From positions 299 through 64,298 of the forward strand of contig CAINNF010000008.1 in NCBI GenBank assembly GCA_903851045.1: a stretch of 64,000 nt of DNA. Direction: 5' to 3'. Of this stretch, positions 1 to 9,827 are shown piece by piece. The translations under genes and the position numbers were made by a program. The notes below the pieces were generated by a model, which saw only the letters and a program-made list of their open reading frames with translations, had not been told where the DNA came from and ran no database searches. Source of the stretch: Candidatus Adlerbacteria bacterium. Lineage in GTDB: Bacteria > Patescibacteriota > Minisyncoccia > Phycocordibacterales > SBAW01. Each line of letters begins with the position of its first letter. Position 1 is the first letter of the stretch.

Positions 1-266
1 CTTGTACTAGACGGTACTTTGATATACACCACGTGGGGCGTGCGAACATCCGCACCTTCATCCGCCTCATCGATCCGTCGCTCCTTGCCAAAAAAAACAT
101 CGAGCGAGCTACGGCTCACCAACCAAGACCTGCCAGAAATAAAACCCTCGAGTTTCCCCTCTCTGCACAGACGAGTGACGTAGTCGTTCGACACTCGAAA
201 AAGTCGAGAAGCCTCCTTTGAGGAGACGTATTCATTCAAATTTTGCTGTAATCTTAGTTCGCTCAT
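1..266 (-). CDS. Partial (5' part only, runs off window) small HTH DNA-binding protein, MerR/excisionase-like
   Basis: Manual translation of the minus strand from ATG at 266-264 gives MSELRLQQNLNEYVSSKEASRLFRVSNDYVTRLCREGKLEGFISGRSWLVSRSSLDVFFGKERRIDEADEG... with no stop to window edge. A helix-turn-helix-like segment (EASRLFRVSNDYVTRLCREGKL) is present. This ORF is not in the supplied track because it is truncated. Confidence 0.35.
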   Translation of the reverse strand, partial: MSELRLQQNLNEYVSSKEASRLFRVSNDYVTRLCREGKLEGFISGRSWLVSRSSLDVFFGKERRIDEADEGADVRTPHVVYIKVPSST

Positions 267-977
267 TTCGCTTTCATTACAAGGCCAGTTCGCCGAGACG
301 ACCAGTGTTTTTTGCTATACAAAGAGTACCATTGGGTTATTTTTTTTTAAGAAAAAATTGCATTTTTTTTCTTCTACTGTGAAATATCAAAAATCGTTGG
401 TGCGTAATAGGTTCCAGAATAGCGTTTTTAAACCTTTTTTTTAAAAAACACAGTGCATGACAAGCAAAAGTAAATTGTGGCTATACTGCAGCGTGTTGGT
501 GCACATGAAAGAACCTCGTTCTATACGAGATATGTTGCTATATATTGATTTATCGCTTACTCGAGATAACGTTTTTATCTCGAAAATATAGGCTCTTCAA
601 TATCAAAAAATACTTAATAAAATCGAAAATGCCTCAATATAGTTATACACACTCAAACGGTACGTTTTGTTTGACAGGTTTTGCTTAGGACGGATTCTGA
701 ACGTTTGGGAGACCCAGTATGTCTGCACATCACAAAGATATCTGGTTTCGCTGATCGAACCTATCAGACCTTTTACGTACACTGGTGGTATTTGATTGAT
801 GATGACCCGCATCAGCGCATGGAGCTCTGATGCGGCCAAATCGGCAAGCACATCGTTACCAGTGAAGAACAGCCTGGGGGCCGCAACAACGTCGTTTTCG
901 TTCACGACTGGCATCACACCGTCCTTGAGCAGATTCTCGAAGCGGGTGTATGCAATACTCCTTGAGGGGGTGTACGC

Positions 978-1364
978 CTATGCAATAGTCGGTAAGCCCC
1001 GTATCAACTCAACCACCGCGCCGGGGGTCACTTGTACTTTCTCTAAAAATGCTTGCGCGCCAAGTTGTATCGCTTTTGCCTTATTTTCGGGTGTCGCATC
1101 GTTCGAGAAGATGATGACAGGGACTGTCGAGAGTGTGTTGTCTTGTCTGAGCTTCTCAAGAACCTCAAAGCCGTCCATGTCCGGCATGGTGATATCAAGT
1201 AGTATCACGTTCGGCCGAGTCCCCTTCGCCAGGACATCGAACGCTACACGACCGCTCGAAGCATACACGCACGACATACCCTCTTGAGTTAATTTATTAC
1301 CGATCACATCGATAAAAACACTGTCATCATCGACACATAAAACGATTGGCTGTTGGGTGCTCAT
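978..1364 (-). CDS. Response regulator, receiver domain only (CheY-like)
   Basis: 128 aa. Acidic pocket VLCVDDD, phospho-acceptor context ILLDITMPDMDGFEVL, conserved S/T (IIFSND) and K (ENKAKAIQLGA). No output domain. Confidence 0.8.
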   Translation of the reverse strand: MSTQQPIVLCVDDDSVFIDVIGNKLTQEGMSCVYASSGRVAFDVLAKGTRPNVILLDITMPDMDGFEVLEKLRQDNTLSTVPVIIFSNDATPENKAKAIQLGAQAFLEKVQVTPGAVVELIRGLPTIA

Positions 1365-1396
1365 ACGGTAAGTATTTCATAGAAATAACGGGGGCG

Positions 1397-3040
1397 CTAG
1401 ACCTGTGCCGCAGATGCGCCAAGGGCGGGGATCTCAACTATGAATGTGGAACCGGTGCCCGACCCGCGCGATTGCGCATAGACACGGCCATGGTGGGCCT
1501 CGACGATGGATTTGACTATAAACAGCCCGTATCCTGTCGAGTGAGGGTTGATCTTGAGCGAATCAGTACCCCTCCCGCCCTCAGTGAACAGCTTCTGCAT
1601 GTCTGCGGGTAGAATACCCACACCCGAATCAGCCACCACCACGCGTACGACATCCACGTCCCGCTCAAGTCGTATCGTTATAGACCCTGTCGGGGTATAC
1701 CGAACGGCGTTGTCGATTAGATTATGTATCACGTGATTACCAAGCTGTCCTGGATCGCCCATTACCATATACGAACCCTCCGGCGCGACAAGGGTGTACT
1801 GCAACCCCTTCCCTTCTGCAGATGGACGCACGTCCTCGAACACCCGTTGCACCTCCGTCTTTAGATCAAAGGGCTGCATCGTAAAATTCGTTAACCCTTT
1901 CTTAAAACTTGCAGCTCCCAAGATCTCGGTCACCGTGGTGAGGCCTGTGTGCATCTCTTCGCGCTCCTGTGTCGCCAACTTCTTGAGCGCGGGCGAGATT
2001 GGCCCGTAGTCCTCCTCCGCGATAGCGGTAAACCCGACGAGGCTTTTGCCAAAATACCCCTTCACTTCGTGCGCGATAAAGTGGATGAGATTTTCTTGGT
2101 TGCGATTGGCGTCTTGGAGATTGGTGTTCACTACCTCGAGCTCTTTTTCTTGATGCTCAATTTGTTCGCGCGAGCGTACTTCATTTTTGACACTCCTGAC
2201 CAAAAAGAATCCTATAACGAGCATCGCCAGCAAAATGCCACCGTCGACGACACGAGCGTCCATTGATTCTTCGCCGAACATCTTCGCAAACAGTATCAAC
2301 TCGATCATTACTACGAGTGCCTGCGTGAGGATCACTTTGATATTGAAGAGTTGATAGGTCGTTATTGCGTACGCGGTGAGCGCTAAAAAGACGAGCGAGT
2401 ACAGTGGCGACAGCGGGAGGAACAGCATGGAGTTGAAGAAGACAAGCGGCACTAAGATCGTCACGATAATGAGCGTTAACATGACCAACACACCTATCAA
2501 CACGAGTCGAATTTGCTTTCGCACGACACCCGTTGCGCGCCAATACGCACGCGCCAGCAAGAGGCATGCCAGCAGGCTAAAGAATGTGGACAGAACAGAG
2601 AACGGTATCATGCCGACACCCACGAGCGGCTCTGGCACGCCATCGACGATATGCACACCAACGAACGCGTAGGGGGACGCATTGATGCCAGCAACAAGAG
2701 CGGTCGACACGATGGTGCACCACAGCCACCCTCGGTGCAACCGAAGAGTGGGCGACGGTAAGGTGTGTGCGAGGAGAAAAAAGAACGCGCTCATCAGTGC
2801 CGCAACCACGATACCAAACCGATGGAACAGAAGCGCCATCCCCAACACCAGTGGCTGACGCACCACATAGATATCCACCAACCAGAGCGTCGTGCACAAC
2901 GTGAGCAAAGCAAAGATACGATTCGTCGCACTGTGCGTATCGCTGCGGTACACCGCAACAGCAAGAAATACGTTCGCAACGATTGCGATGGTCAACACTA
3001 CCGTGTACAACAACGTGTCGTGTATGAAGAGTGTCGACAT
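1397..3040 (-). CDS. Sensor histidine kinase with multi-TM (about 7-8 helices) N-terminal sensor region
   Basis: 547 aa. Long hydrophobic N-terminal half. H-box FIAHEVKGYF. HATPase_c N/G boxes HNLIDNAVRYT, DSGVGI, GYGLFIVKSIVEAHHGRV...GSGTGSTF. Immediately upstream of the receiver gene on the same strand. Confidence 0.85.
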   Translation of the reverse strand: MSTLFIHDTLLYTVVLTIAIVANVFLAVAVYRSDTHSATNRIFALLTLCTTLWLVDIYVVRQPLVLGMALLFHRFGIVVAALMSAFFFLLAHTLPSPTLRLHRGWLWCTIVSTALVAGINASPYAFVGVHIVDGVPEPLVGVGMIPFSVLSTFFSLLACLLLARAYWRATGVVRKQIRLVLIGVLVMLTLIIVTILVPLVFFNSMLFLPLSPLYSLVFLALTAYAITTYQLFNIKVILTQALVVMIELILFAKMFGEESMDARVVDGGILLAMLVIGFFLVRSVKNEVRSREQIEHQEKELEVVNTNLQDANRNQENLIHFIAHEVKGYFGKSLVGFTAIAEEDYGPISPALKKLATQEREEMHTGLTTVTEILGAASFKKGLTNFTMQPFDLKTEVQRVFEDVRPSAEGKGLQYTLVAPEGSYMVMGDPGQLGNHVIHNLIDNAVRYTPTGSITIRLERDVDVVRVVVADSGVGILPADMQKLFTEGGRGTDSLKINPHSTGYGLFIVKSIVEAHHGRVYAQSRGSGTGSTFIVEIPALGASAAQV

Positions 3041-3042
3041 GG

Positions 3043-4107
3043 TTAGTGGGTCGCGTCGCGTATCGTTGGCGGCAACTTGAAAGCGTGTGCGGATGGTGCA
3101 GCGCCATATCCCATGCGCACGATCATCGCGATATGCTCGGACGGGTGTACGGTGCCGAGCGTACGAATCTGCTCATCACACGCCAGTATCAGCTCCTGTT
3201 GCTGCGATGATAAATCTCCCGCATCATGCGCCCGCACGCGCTGCGCCAAATATGGAAGCGCGGTGACCGGCTGCATCGACACGCCCACGCTCGTCGCGGT
3301 CAGCCACAGTCGTTGGAGCGCCCTGCCCGCCTCGAGGAATTGGTCATCGGTATCCGCGGGAATCGTGAGTATTCCGATAGCCGAAGACGCTGCGTAGACT
3401 CGAGCACTTTGTGTGGCAATCGATTGTGAGAGTCCGAACCGATTTAAAAATCGTACCACCATCCAGTGACGCAACACGTACTGCAGTAACACACGTACCG
3501 GTGCCGGAAACTCCATCGTCTTCACGTACATACCCGGAGTTCGACGCTCTTGCGCACGTGTCCAGCGAATGACTCCAAACAAAAATGCATGCAGCGGACG
3601 ATACTCCATCAACAATTGTTCGTTCATACTAAACGTCCGCGCGAGTGTCTCCACCGCGTCGCTATCTTCCACGAGACGCACTGTCACTGAGGGAGTCGCG
3701 TGCACCGAATCCAGCAGTGCGTGGCGATGTGCATCATTAAGAGGCTCGGCACGGTACGACTTGCGATTGGTCGACCGGTGTTGGATCGCCTCACACAGTG
3801 GCTCCACGGTGGGCATCGCGGGCGAGAAGGTCAGCCGAGCGGTGGCGTGTGGGGCAGGAGGAAACGGTTCTATCGCGACCGCATACCCAGCCTGTGCGGC
3901 AAGCAGCCGTATGTTCTCGACGACCGCACCGTGGCCAACATACGAGCCGCGTTCCTTAAAGTTGTATAGCGTACCGTCTCGCTTAGGGACATTGTAAAGC
4001 GTCACGTCGCGGTCGGTAATGACGAATTCCCACGGCTGCGTGTTGTCCCCCGATGGGGCGTGCACTGCGCGCTGGAGTATGTTGTGCAACGTGCCATATG
4101 CAGGCAT
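3043..4107 (-). CDS. Nitroreductase-family protein, apparently two tandem nitroreductase-fold domains
   Basis: 354 aa. N-terminal motif RAVHAPSGDNTQPWEF is typical of the nitroreductase/SagB-like FMN oxidoreductase superfamily. The length is about twice a single domain. Confidence 0.65.
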   Translation of the reverse strand: MPAYGTLHNILQRAVHAPSGDNTQPWEFVITDRDVTLYNVPKRDGTLYNFKERGSYVGHGAVVENIRLLAAQAGYAVAIEPFPPAPHATARLTFSPAMPTVEPLCEAIQHRSTNRKSYRAEPLNDAHRHALLDSVHATPSVTVRLVEDSDAVETLARTFSMNEQLLMEYRPLHAFLFGVIRWTRAQERRTPGMYVKTMEFPAPVRVLLQYVLRHWMVVRFLNRFGLSQSIATQSARVYAASSAIGILTIPADTDDQFLEAGRALQRLWLTATSVGVSMQPVTALPYLAQRVRAHDAGDLSSQQQELILACDEQIRTLGTVHPSEHIAMIVRMGYGAAPSAHAFKLPPTIRDATH

Positions 4108-4136
4108 GGCTGTAGTATACTACGGGTGTAGGCGCC

Positions 4137-5600
4137 ATGGCATCACCCGCACGCACACGCACCTCGACCCACCAAACGAAGAGGGTGACAGACTCCTTCG
4201 AAAACGCTCTTTCACTATTTCATGAGACGTCGCAGCGCGTGCCAGCATACAAAGATTTTTTACGTAAAGCGAAGATACGCCCCGACCGTATCAAGACTCT
4301 ATCTGATTTCGCTCACATTCCGCCAACCGACAAGCAAAACTATATCTTGACATACGATCTGCAAGATCTCTCGTGGGACGGTACCCTCGACGGCACAAAG
4401 TACATCTCTTCAAGTTCTGGTTCGACGGGTACTCCCCTCTATTGGCCGCGAGGCGATGTGCAAGGTGACGCCGCGGGACGTATCTCACAGCGCGTCTACG
4501 AAAACATCTTCGATACGAAACATGGCACTACTCTGTGCATCAATCTGTTTGGATTGGGTACGTGGATAGCAGGTCTCGAGTTCTATAACGCGGCAAAATA
4601 TGTCGCGGATCATGGGAACCGTATCAGTATCGCAACGCCCGGCATTGAAAAAGAGGTCGCGATCGACACCATCAAGCGTCTCGCGCCGTCGTTCGACCGC
4701 ATCGTGCTGATGGGATATCCGCCGTTCATCAAAGACGTGCTCGAGACTTGTGCGGCCGAGGGCATCGAGTGGCCAACATATGATGTACGACTACTCACCG
4801 GGGGCGAATCCTTCAGCGAGCGATGGCGCGACCGCGTACTCACACTCATCGGGAAGCCACACTCGCTCACACACGTCATCAACGCCTATGGTATGGCCGA
4901 AAGTGGCATCATCGGACACGAGACACCGCTCTCGCTCCTTGCCCGACGCGCCAGCCCCTCCATCCCCACGTTGGCTGAGCGATTCGCCTACGAAGGTACC
5001 ACTGCGGCGCTCTATCAGTACGATCCGCGACTGCGCTACTTTGAAGTCGGTCACAACGACACACTGATACTGACAACTCGCGCGGGACTCCCGCTTGTCC
5101 GATACAACACGCGTGACCAAGGCGGCATCATAGCGCACGGCGACATGGCAACGCACCTCGCGTCGTTGTCGGTACCTGCACCGAACCTGTTGCGAGCCAC
5201 ACCGTGGCGGTTACCGTTCGTGTATCTCTACGGACGCCGCGATCTCTCGATCTCATTTTATGCACTCAATATATATGTCGAGAATGTGAAGTACGCCTTC
5301 GAGACGTGTGCCGCGTCGCACCAGCTGTCTGGACTCTTTGTCATGCAGATCGAACATACACGCGACCTCGACCAACGGTTCACCATTACTGCCGAACTTG
5401 GACGCGAAGCGCAGCCGCACCCAACATTGACACGCGAAGTCACCACACACCTCGTGCGCGCACTACGCTCGGTGAATACGGAGTACGCGAAGCTCCACGC
5501 GTCTATCGGCCAACGCGCGGTACCGAAGGTGCGCATGGTACGCTACGGAGAGATAGACACCTTCCCCGGCAGGAAACATCGTTGGATCAAACGGGTGTAA
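4137..5600 (+). CDS. PaaK/coenzyme-F390-synthetase/CapK-family adenylate-forming enzyme
   Basis: 487 aa. N-terminal VPAYKDFLRKAKIRP...IPPTDKQNY. P-loop-like SSSSGSTGTPLYW. Family-typical stretch NLFGLGTWIAGLEFYNAAKYV...IATPGIEKEV. Confidence 0.7.
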   Translation: MASPARTRTSTHQTKRVTDSFENALSLFHETSQRVPAYKDFLRKAKIRPDRIKTLSDFAHIPPTDKQNYILTYDLQDLSWDGTLDGTKYISSSSGSTGTPLYWPRGDVQGDAAGRISQRVYENIFDTKHGTTLCINLFGLGTWIAGLEFYNAAKYVADHGNRISIATPGIEKEVAIDTIKRLAPSFDRIVLMGYPPFIKDVLETCAAEGIEWPTYDVRLLTGGESFSERWRDRVLTLIGKPHSLTHVINAYGMAESGIIGHETPLSLLARRASPSIPTLAERFAYEGTTAALYQYDPRLRYFEVGHNDTLILTTRAGLPLVRYNTRDQGGIIAHGDMATHLASLSVPAPNLLRATPWRLPFVYLYGRRDLSISFYALNIYVENVKYAFETCAASHQLSGLFVMQIEHTRDLDQRFTITAELGREAQPHPTLTREVTTHLVRALRSVNTEYAKLHASIGQRAVPKVRMVRYGEIDTFPGRKHRWIKRV

Positions 5601-6657
5601 ACGCCGACTCCAACCCCATCACATATCGACCCGACGGCATCGGGAGGTCATTGGTGATACGACGCACCACGTATGCGACCGCTGCCCCCGCCATGACCGC
5701 GGCGGTGCCGAGCTGCGGAACACCCGAGAGCGTCTTCCCTATCTGAGTAATCGAGTCCCACTGTCGCATGGTGAAATACTTCGGGTCGATGATCTCGTTG
5801 GCCATCGCGATAAACTTCTCGCGCGTAATGTGCTCCAACTCCGCTTCGGCGAAATGTACGCGCCCATGGAAAATGGGCCGCCCGGGCTCTTGGTCAAACC
5901 GCTCGACGTCGATGATAATGCTGTCGCCGTTGTCGGTCACCATCACGACCGGTATACCCAGCTCTTGGCACACGACGCGCGAACGCAGCTTCATCTTGAT
6001 ATCGTCCATCTCGTCGACAAACACGTCGAGCCGTGGCGACCCCATAAATTGCTGCAACGTGTCGTGCGTCACGCCCGCTGGCCACTGCTCGAGAGTAATA
6101 AACGGATCCACCTCCCATGCGGCGCGCGCAGCGATAGTGACCTTACTTTCGCCGACATCAAGCAGCGTCGCGCGGATGCGATTGAGATTCGTGATTTCTA
6201 AGATGTCCGGGTCAGCGATCTTGATATGCTGTGGGCCACCGGTCGCCACCAATGCACCGAGCGCCGCCGAACCAACCGACAACCCCGCAATGCCGACCGT
6301 CGCTGCACGATAGCGCTCTTGCTCTGTTGGAGTAATCAAATTGCGATTGCGCGCGGTGCGGAGCCGGTGGTAGAGAGCATCGCTTGGCGTATGCACCGCC
6401 ACATCGCGCCACGGATAGTACACCCACACGCCCGCGTCGGTATGCTCGCGGATAAAAGATTCGACCACACTCGTGTCCGCAGCACTCTTAGATACCTCGG
6501 GATGCTCGATAAAAAATAATTCGCCCAAAGCGCTGTGCATCACATCCATACGTCGAGCACTCGCTGGCACCGCTGACTCAGTAGTAAAAAACACCGGCCT
6601 CTGCGCTGACGTTGTCTCCATGCGCACAGTATACACCGACTCCACATCGCAGAGCAC
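5587..6657 (-). CDS. ThiF/MoeB/HesA-family E1-like adenylyltransferase with about 110-aa N-terminal extension
   Basis: 356 aa. Rossmann nucleotide motif VGIAGLSVGSAALGALVATGG, then IKIADPDILEITNLNRI, which is typical of the E1-like superfamily. Confidence 0.75.
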   Translation of the reverse strand: MLCDVESVYTVRMETTSAQRPVFFTTESAVPASARRMDVMHSALGELFFIEHPEVSKSAADTSVVESFIREHTDAGVWVYYPWRDVAVHTPSDALYHRLRTARNRNLITPTEQERYRAATVGIAGLSVGSAALGALVATGGPQHIKIADPDILEITNLNRIRATLLDVGESKVTIAARAAWEVDPFITLEQWPAGVTHDTLQQFMGSPRLDVFVDEMDDIKMKLRSRVVCQELGIPVVMVTDNGDSIIIDVERFDQEPGRPIFHGRVHFAEAELEHITREKFIAMANEIIDPKYFTMRQWDSITQIGKTLSGVPQLGTAAVMAGAAVAYVVRRITNDLPMPSGRYVMGLESAFTPV

Positions 6658-6872
6658 GCTGGTGTTGGGCGCACAATCATCTCGACCAGATTACTGACAC
6701 CGTGTGGCGCGATAAGCGTAACATCTCCATCACTGGTGGTTACGGCGACGACGGTTGCTGTCTCTGGCCATGTCGAGATAGCATCTGACGAAGAGGCGAA
6801 CGGGGAGGAGCCATTGACGACATGCATCCTCGCTTCGTTTTTGCACGACCGTGCGATATCGAATTGACGAAA

Positions 6873-9392
6873 CTACCTCCCCGCCATCAGTCGCCGATGC
6901 TCTTCGGTATTCTTCATGCCGCAGTTCTTCCATTTCTTGCCTGAACCACAGAGGCAAGGGTCGTTCCTGCCCAGCGTCGCTTCAGTTGAGTTGGGGTTAC
7001 CACTGGTGGCACCCACGTCGATAACCTCTCCGTTCGAAAGTTCTATCGTGGTGCTCGGGATCGGTTGTGCTATATGCGACGGCACCTGCTCGACCACCTG
7101 TGCCGACAGCCCCATAAGGAGCGTGAAGACGCGGTCGACGAGCATCGCTTCCATCTGCTTATATATCCTTGTCCCCTCTTTGCGATACTCAGTGAGCGGG
7201 TCGCGTTGCCCATAGGCGCGCAGATTGACCGAGCCGCGCAAGTACTCCATCGACTCGAGATGCTCGACCCAGAGCAGGTCGAGCGTCTGGAGTATCGCAC
7301 CACGCATCGAAAAGAGAAGCGGTTCGCGACCAAGCTCGTCCAACTTTTTTTGCAACAACTCTTTCGCCTCTACGTGCTCACCTGCGAGCTCCCAGAGCAC
7401 ACTCTCGACATCGTCGAGCGTGCCGATGAGTATCTTGTGGCGACGATCATAGACGGCGCGGCGCTGCTTGTCGAGGATGTTGTCGTATTCCAACACGTGC
7501 TTTCGTGCGTCGAAGTTGAACCCTTCGATCTTCGTCTGAGCGCTCTCCAGTGCTCGACTGACCATCGAATTTTCTATCGGTTCGTCCTCGGGGATACCGA
7601 AGCGCCCCATAAGCCCCTTGAGCGAGTCGGGAGCGAAGACGCGCATAAGGTTGTCCTCCAGTGAGACGAAAAACTGTGTCTCGCCTGGGTCGCCTTGTCG
7701 GCCCGCGCGGCCGCGCAGCTGGTTGTCGATGCGACGCGCTTCGTGACGCTCGGTACCGAGCACGAAGAGGCCCCCGAGCGACTTTATCTCCTGCGCCTCC
7801 TCTGGCGTCGCCAGGGGCCCACCGAGCTTGATGTCGACACCACGACCTGCGATGTTCGTCGCGACCGTGACCTTGCCTCGCTTACCGGCAGCAGCGATGA
7901 TCTCGCCCTCGCGTTCGTGGTTCTTGGCATTGAGTATCTCGTGCGGGATCCCTTCGCGCTTGAGGTATGCGGACAGGAGTTCGTTCTTCTCGATCGAGAC
8001 GGTGCCGACCAGCACCGGCTGTCCCTTCTCATGCAGTGCCTTGATCTGACGAGCAAGCGCCTGGAACTTGCCCTTCTCGGTCTGAAAGATGAGGTCGTTA
8101 CGGTCGATGCGCTTCACCTCGCGGTTGGTCGGTATCTCGACGACATCGAGTTGATACACCTTGTAGAACTCCTCCGACGAGGTCTTCGCGGTACCCGTCA
8201 TGCCCGCGAGCTTGTCGTATAATCTAAAATAGTTTTGGTATGTGATGGAGGCATAGGTGCGCGATTCCTTTTGGACCGCGACCCCTTCTTTTGCCTCGAT
8301 CGCTTGATGGAGGCCCTCGGACCAGCGTCTCCCCGGCTGCATGTGGCCGGTCGCTTCGTCGACGATGATGACCTCGTTGTTCTTAACGACATACTCTTTA
8401 TCATGACGAAAGAGCGCCTTGGCACGGACCGCTGTCTCGAGGTGGTGCACGAGCTTGATGCCGTGTTCGGTGTAGATATTATCAACCCCGAGCAGCTTCT
8501 CGGCATGTTCGATACCGTGGTCGGTCAGCTGGATCGCCTTGAGCTTCTCGTCGACCGTATAGTCCTCCTCGGGAACAAGCTTGGCTGCGATGTCGGCGAA
8601 CTTTCGGTAGAGATCCTCGGACTCCGCGGTCGGTGCGGAGATGATGAGCGGTGTACGAGCCTCGTCGATAAGGATAGAGTCGATCTCGTCGACGACCGCG
8701 AAGTAGTGGCCGCGCTGGCGAAGTTCGTTGGTGTCGTACGAGATATTGTCGCGCAGGTAGTCGAAGCCGAACTCCGAGTTCGTACCGTAGGTGATATCCG
8801 CCTCGTACGCCTTGGCGCGCGAGATGGGGCGCATGAACTCATGGAAGACGCGGAAGCTCCCCTCCTCATCACGCATAGCGTCGAGTTCGGTATGCGACGG
8901 GTCATAGAGGTATGAGGCGTCGTGATTGATGATGCCGACCGACATACCGAGTGCCGCATAGACCTGGCCCATCCACACCGCATCGCGTCGCGCGAGATAG
9001 TCGTTAACGGTCACCACGTGCACTCCCTTGCCCGCAAGCGCATTGAGATAGACCGGCAGTGTCGCGACGAGCGTCTTACCCTCTCCCGTCTTCATCTCCG
9101 CTATGCCGCGGTTGTGGAGCGTTATACCGCCGATCATCTGCACATCGAAGTGGCGCAACTTCACGGTGCGGCGTGCCGATTCGCGCACCGCAGCGAACGC
9201 CTCGGGTAGGAGGTCCTCGATGGTCTCGCCTTCGGTCAGGCGATTGCGAAACCCCTGCGTCATATCGCGCAAGGCTTCATCCGAAAGCGCCTGCATGTGA
9301 GGCTCCAGCGCACTGATACCGTCTACCGTTTTAGCATGCTGGCGAAGGGTTTTTTTGCCCTCATCGCCGAAAAGGTTCGAAAGTTTGAACAT
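6873..9392 (-). CDS. secA: Preprotein translocase ATPase SecA
   Basis: Clear SecA homology throughout: DEAD-like motor, preprotein cross-linking domain, and C-terminal Zn finger CLCGSGKKWKNCG. The start is moved to the internal MFKLSNLFGDE (ATG at 9392), which matches the canonical SecA N-terminus. The longer track ORF (to 9503) would run through a 14-bp hairpin. Confidence 0.93.
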   Translation of the reverse strand: MFKLSNLFGDEGKKTLRQHAKTVDGISALEPHMQALSDEALRDMTQGFRNRLTEGETIEDLLPEAFAAVRESARRTVKLRHFDVQMIGGITLHNRGIAEMKTGEGKTLVATLPVYLNALAGKGVHVVTVNDYLARRDAVWMGQVYAALGMSVGIINHDASYLYDPSHTELDAMRDEEGSFRVFHEFMRPISRAKAYEADITYGTNSEFGFDYLRDNISYDTNELRQRGHYFAVVDEIDSILIDEARTPLIISAPTAESEDLYRKFADIAAKLVPEEDYTVDEKLKAIQLTDHGIEHAEKLLGVDNIYTEHGIKLVHHLETAVRAKALFRHDKEYVVKNNEVIIVDEATGHMQPGRRWSEGLHQAIEAKEGVAVQKESRTYASITYQNYFRLYDKLAGMTGTAKTSSEEFYKVYQLDVVEIPTNREVKRIDRNDLIFQTEKGKFQALARQIKALHEKGQPVLVGTVSIEKNELLSAYLKREGIPHEILNAKNHEREGEIIAAAGKRGKVTVATNIAGRGVDIKLGGPLATPEEAQEIKSLGGLFVLGTERHEARRIDNQLRGRAGRQGDPGETQFFVSLEDNLMRVFAPDSLKGLMGRFGIPEDEPIENSMVSRALESAQTKIEGFNFDARKHVLEYDNILDKQRRAVYDRRHKILIGTLDDVESVLWELAGEHVEAKELLQKKLDELGREPLLFSMRGAILQTLDLLWVEHLESMEYLRGSVNLRAYGQRDPLTEYRKEGTRIYKQMEAMLVDRVFTLLMGLSAQVVEQVPSHIAQPIPSTTIELSNGEVIDVGATSGNPNSTEATLGRNDPCLCGSGKKWKNCGMKNTEEHRRLMAGR

Positions 9393-9446
9393 GGAGAGAT
9401 AGTACCACACTACGCCATCCTTCGCTAAAGCTACGACGTGGTTACA

Positions 9447-9482
9447 TAAGGAAAATCCCCCTTTTGACAGGGGGATTTTCCT
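9447..9482 (-). promoter_or_regulatory. Perfect 14-bp-stem hairpin (aaggaaaatccccc / 8-nt loop / gggggattttcctt) in the secA 5' leader
   Basis: Read directly from the sequence. No strong T-tract follows on either strand, so the role is unclear (attenuator or 5'-UTR structure). Confidence 0.4.
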
Positions 9483-9827
9483 TCCGAGAGGATGCTCTGG
9501 CATAAGGCCAGAGGAAGAACTCCGCGATTTAGCGGCGTGCCTTCTTCTTTGCTGCTTTCTTTGCCTTCTTTGCTGCCATGTTAGTAGCGAAATGAATCGC
9601 CAAATTGGTTGCGCATCGTTCGACCGTACTTGCCACGAGCCCTAGGACAGGATGGCGAGCACACACTCGATGCTCTAGATATAAGTATCAAGTATTTTGC
9701 AGTAGATACAATGAAATATTTTTTATTTGTGTGGATAACTCGAAAATTATTTTTAGAAATTATTTTTTTAAAAAGTTTTTTATTTTATTTTTATATGTAA
9801 AAAATGTTTTTACGTGCGATGTGTCCA

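Noticed and set aside
33-221. 62-aa plus-strand ORF at the window start
   Set aside because: Fully overlapped by a better minus-strand partial ORF with an HTH-like segment. It has no features of its own.
603-917. 104-aa minus ORF with VVNENDVVA motif as a real kinase gene
   Set aside because: Far too short for an amino-acid-kinase fold and lies in AT-rich DNA. Treated as a possible remnant only.
7065-8915. Long plus-strand ORFs (7065..7664, 7695..8222, 8235..8915) opposite secA
   Set aside because: Arg/Asp/Leu-rich antisense 'shadow' ORFs, typical of high-GC DNA. They lie entirely inside the well-supported secA gene, and no motifs are present.
9540-9590. 16-codon MAAKKAKKAAKKKARR micro-ORF considered as a possible ribosomal or small protein gene
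   Set aside because: Too short and low-complexity to assert as a gene. Mentioned only as a curiosity in the secA leader.
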